From NCBI GenBank assembly GCA_051652765.1, contig JBOFUV010000082.1:1-49189 (forward strand): 49,189 nt of DNA. The letters are read 5' to 3'. This DNA is from Microcoleaceae cyanobacterium. GTDB taxonomy: Bacteria > Cyanobacteriota > Cyanobacteriia > Cyanobacteriales > Microcoleaceae. Positions 49,032 through 49,189 of this stretch are shown here, piece after piece (position 1 is the stretch's first letter; each line of letters starts with the position of its first letter). Position numbers and translations under genes: made by a program. The notes under the pieces are model-generated. The model had not been told where the DNA came from, searched no databases, and saw only the letters and a program-made list of their open reading frames with translations.

Positions 49032-49189
49032 ATGAATGCTGTTGACCATGAACTCTGGATTACCCAAGCGGAGTATGCAAAGAAACTCCGCCCACTGCTC
49101 CCTTCAGAAGCCTTTCTTCCTGATCCCAGCAAGCAATGGATTTTAGTAATTAACTTGGCAATTTTAATTTTAGGTTGGGGGATTGCTAG
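49032..49189 (+). CDS. Probable fatty acid desaturase, N-terminal part (runs off the window end)
   Basis: Open frame MNAVDHELWITQAEYAKKLRPLLPSEAFLPDPSKQWILVINLAILILGWGIA; His boxes not yet visible. Confidence 0.65.
   Translation, partial: MNAVDHELWITQAEYAKKLRPLLPSEAFLPDPSKQWILVINLAILILGWGIA

Overview
Chromosomal window of a cyanobacterium (about 35 copies of the HIP1 octamer GCGATCGC by eye; typical cyanobacterial genes aroE, pgsA, clpP, yajQ, murI, dps, carB, ahcY, lpxB, DUF1815/2839/3493). It opens with the leader-proximal end of a type I-D-like CRISPR array with no cas genes beside it. It also carries three RTX-tailed secreted proteins, including a 2610-aa adhesin and an ExeM-type nuclease. 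The main signal the ORF track misses lies at about 8.2-11.5 kb, between aroE and a B12 radical-SAM gene: a decayed chromosomal integron. It has three intact attC sites, three complete cassettes (HxlR/NmrA pair, ORF-less cassette, small protein plus aspartic protease) and an attI-like region with 41-bp-periodic palindromes. Its integron integrase is cut after 21 codons, close to a MITE end. A more speculative observation is a shared structured motif upstream of two SAM-cycle genes (radical SAM methylase and ahcY). All calls come from reading the sequence; no searches were run.
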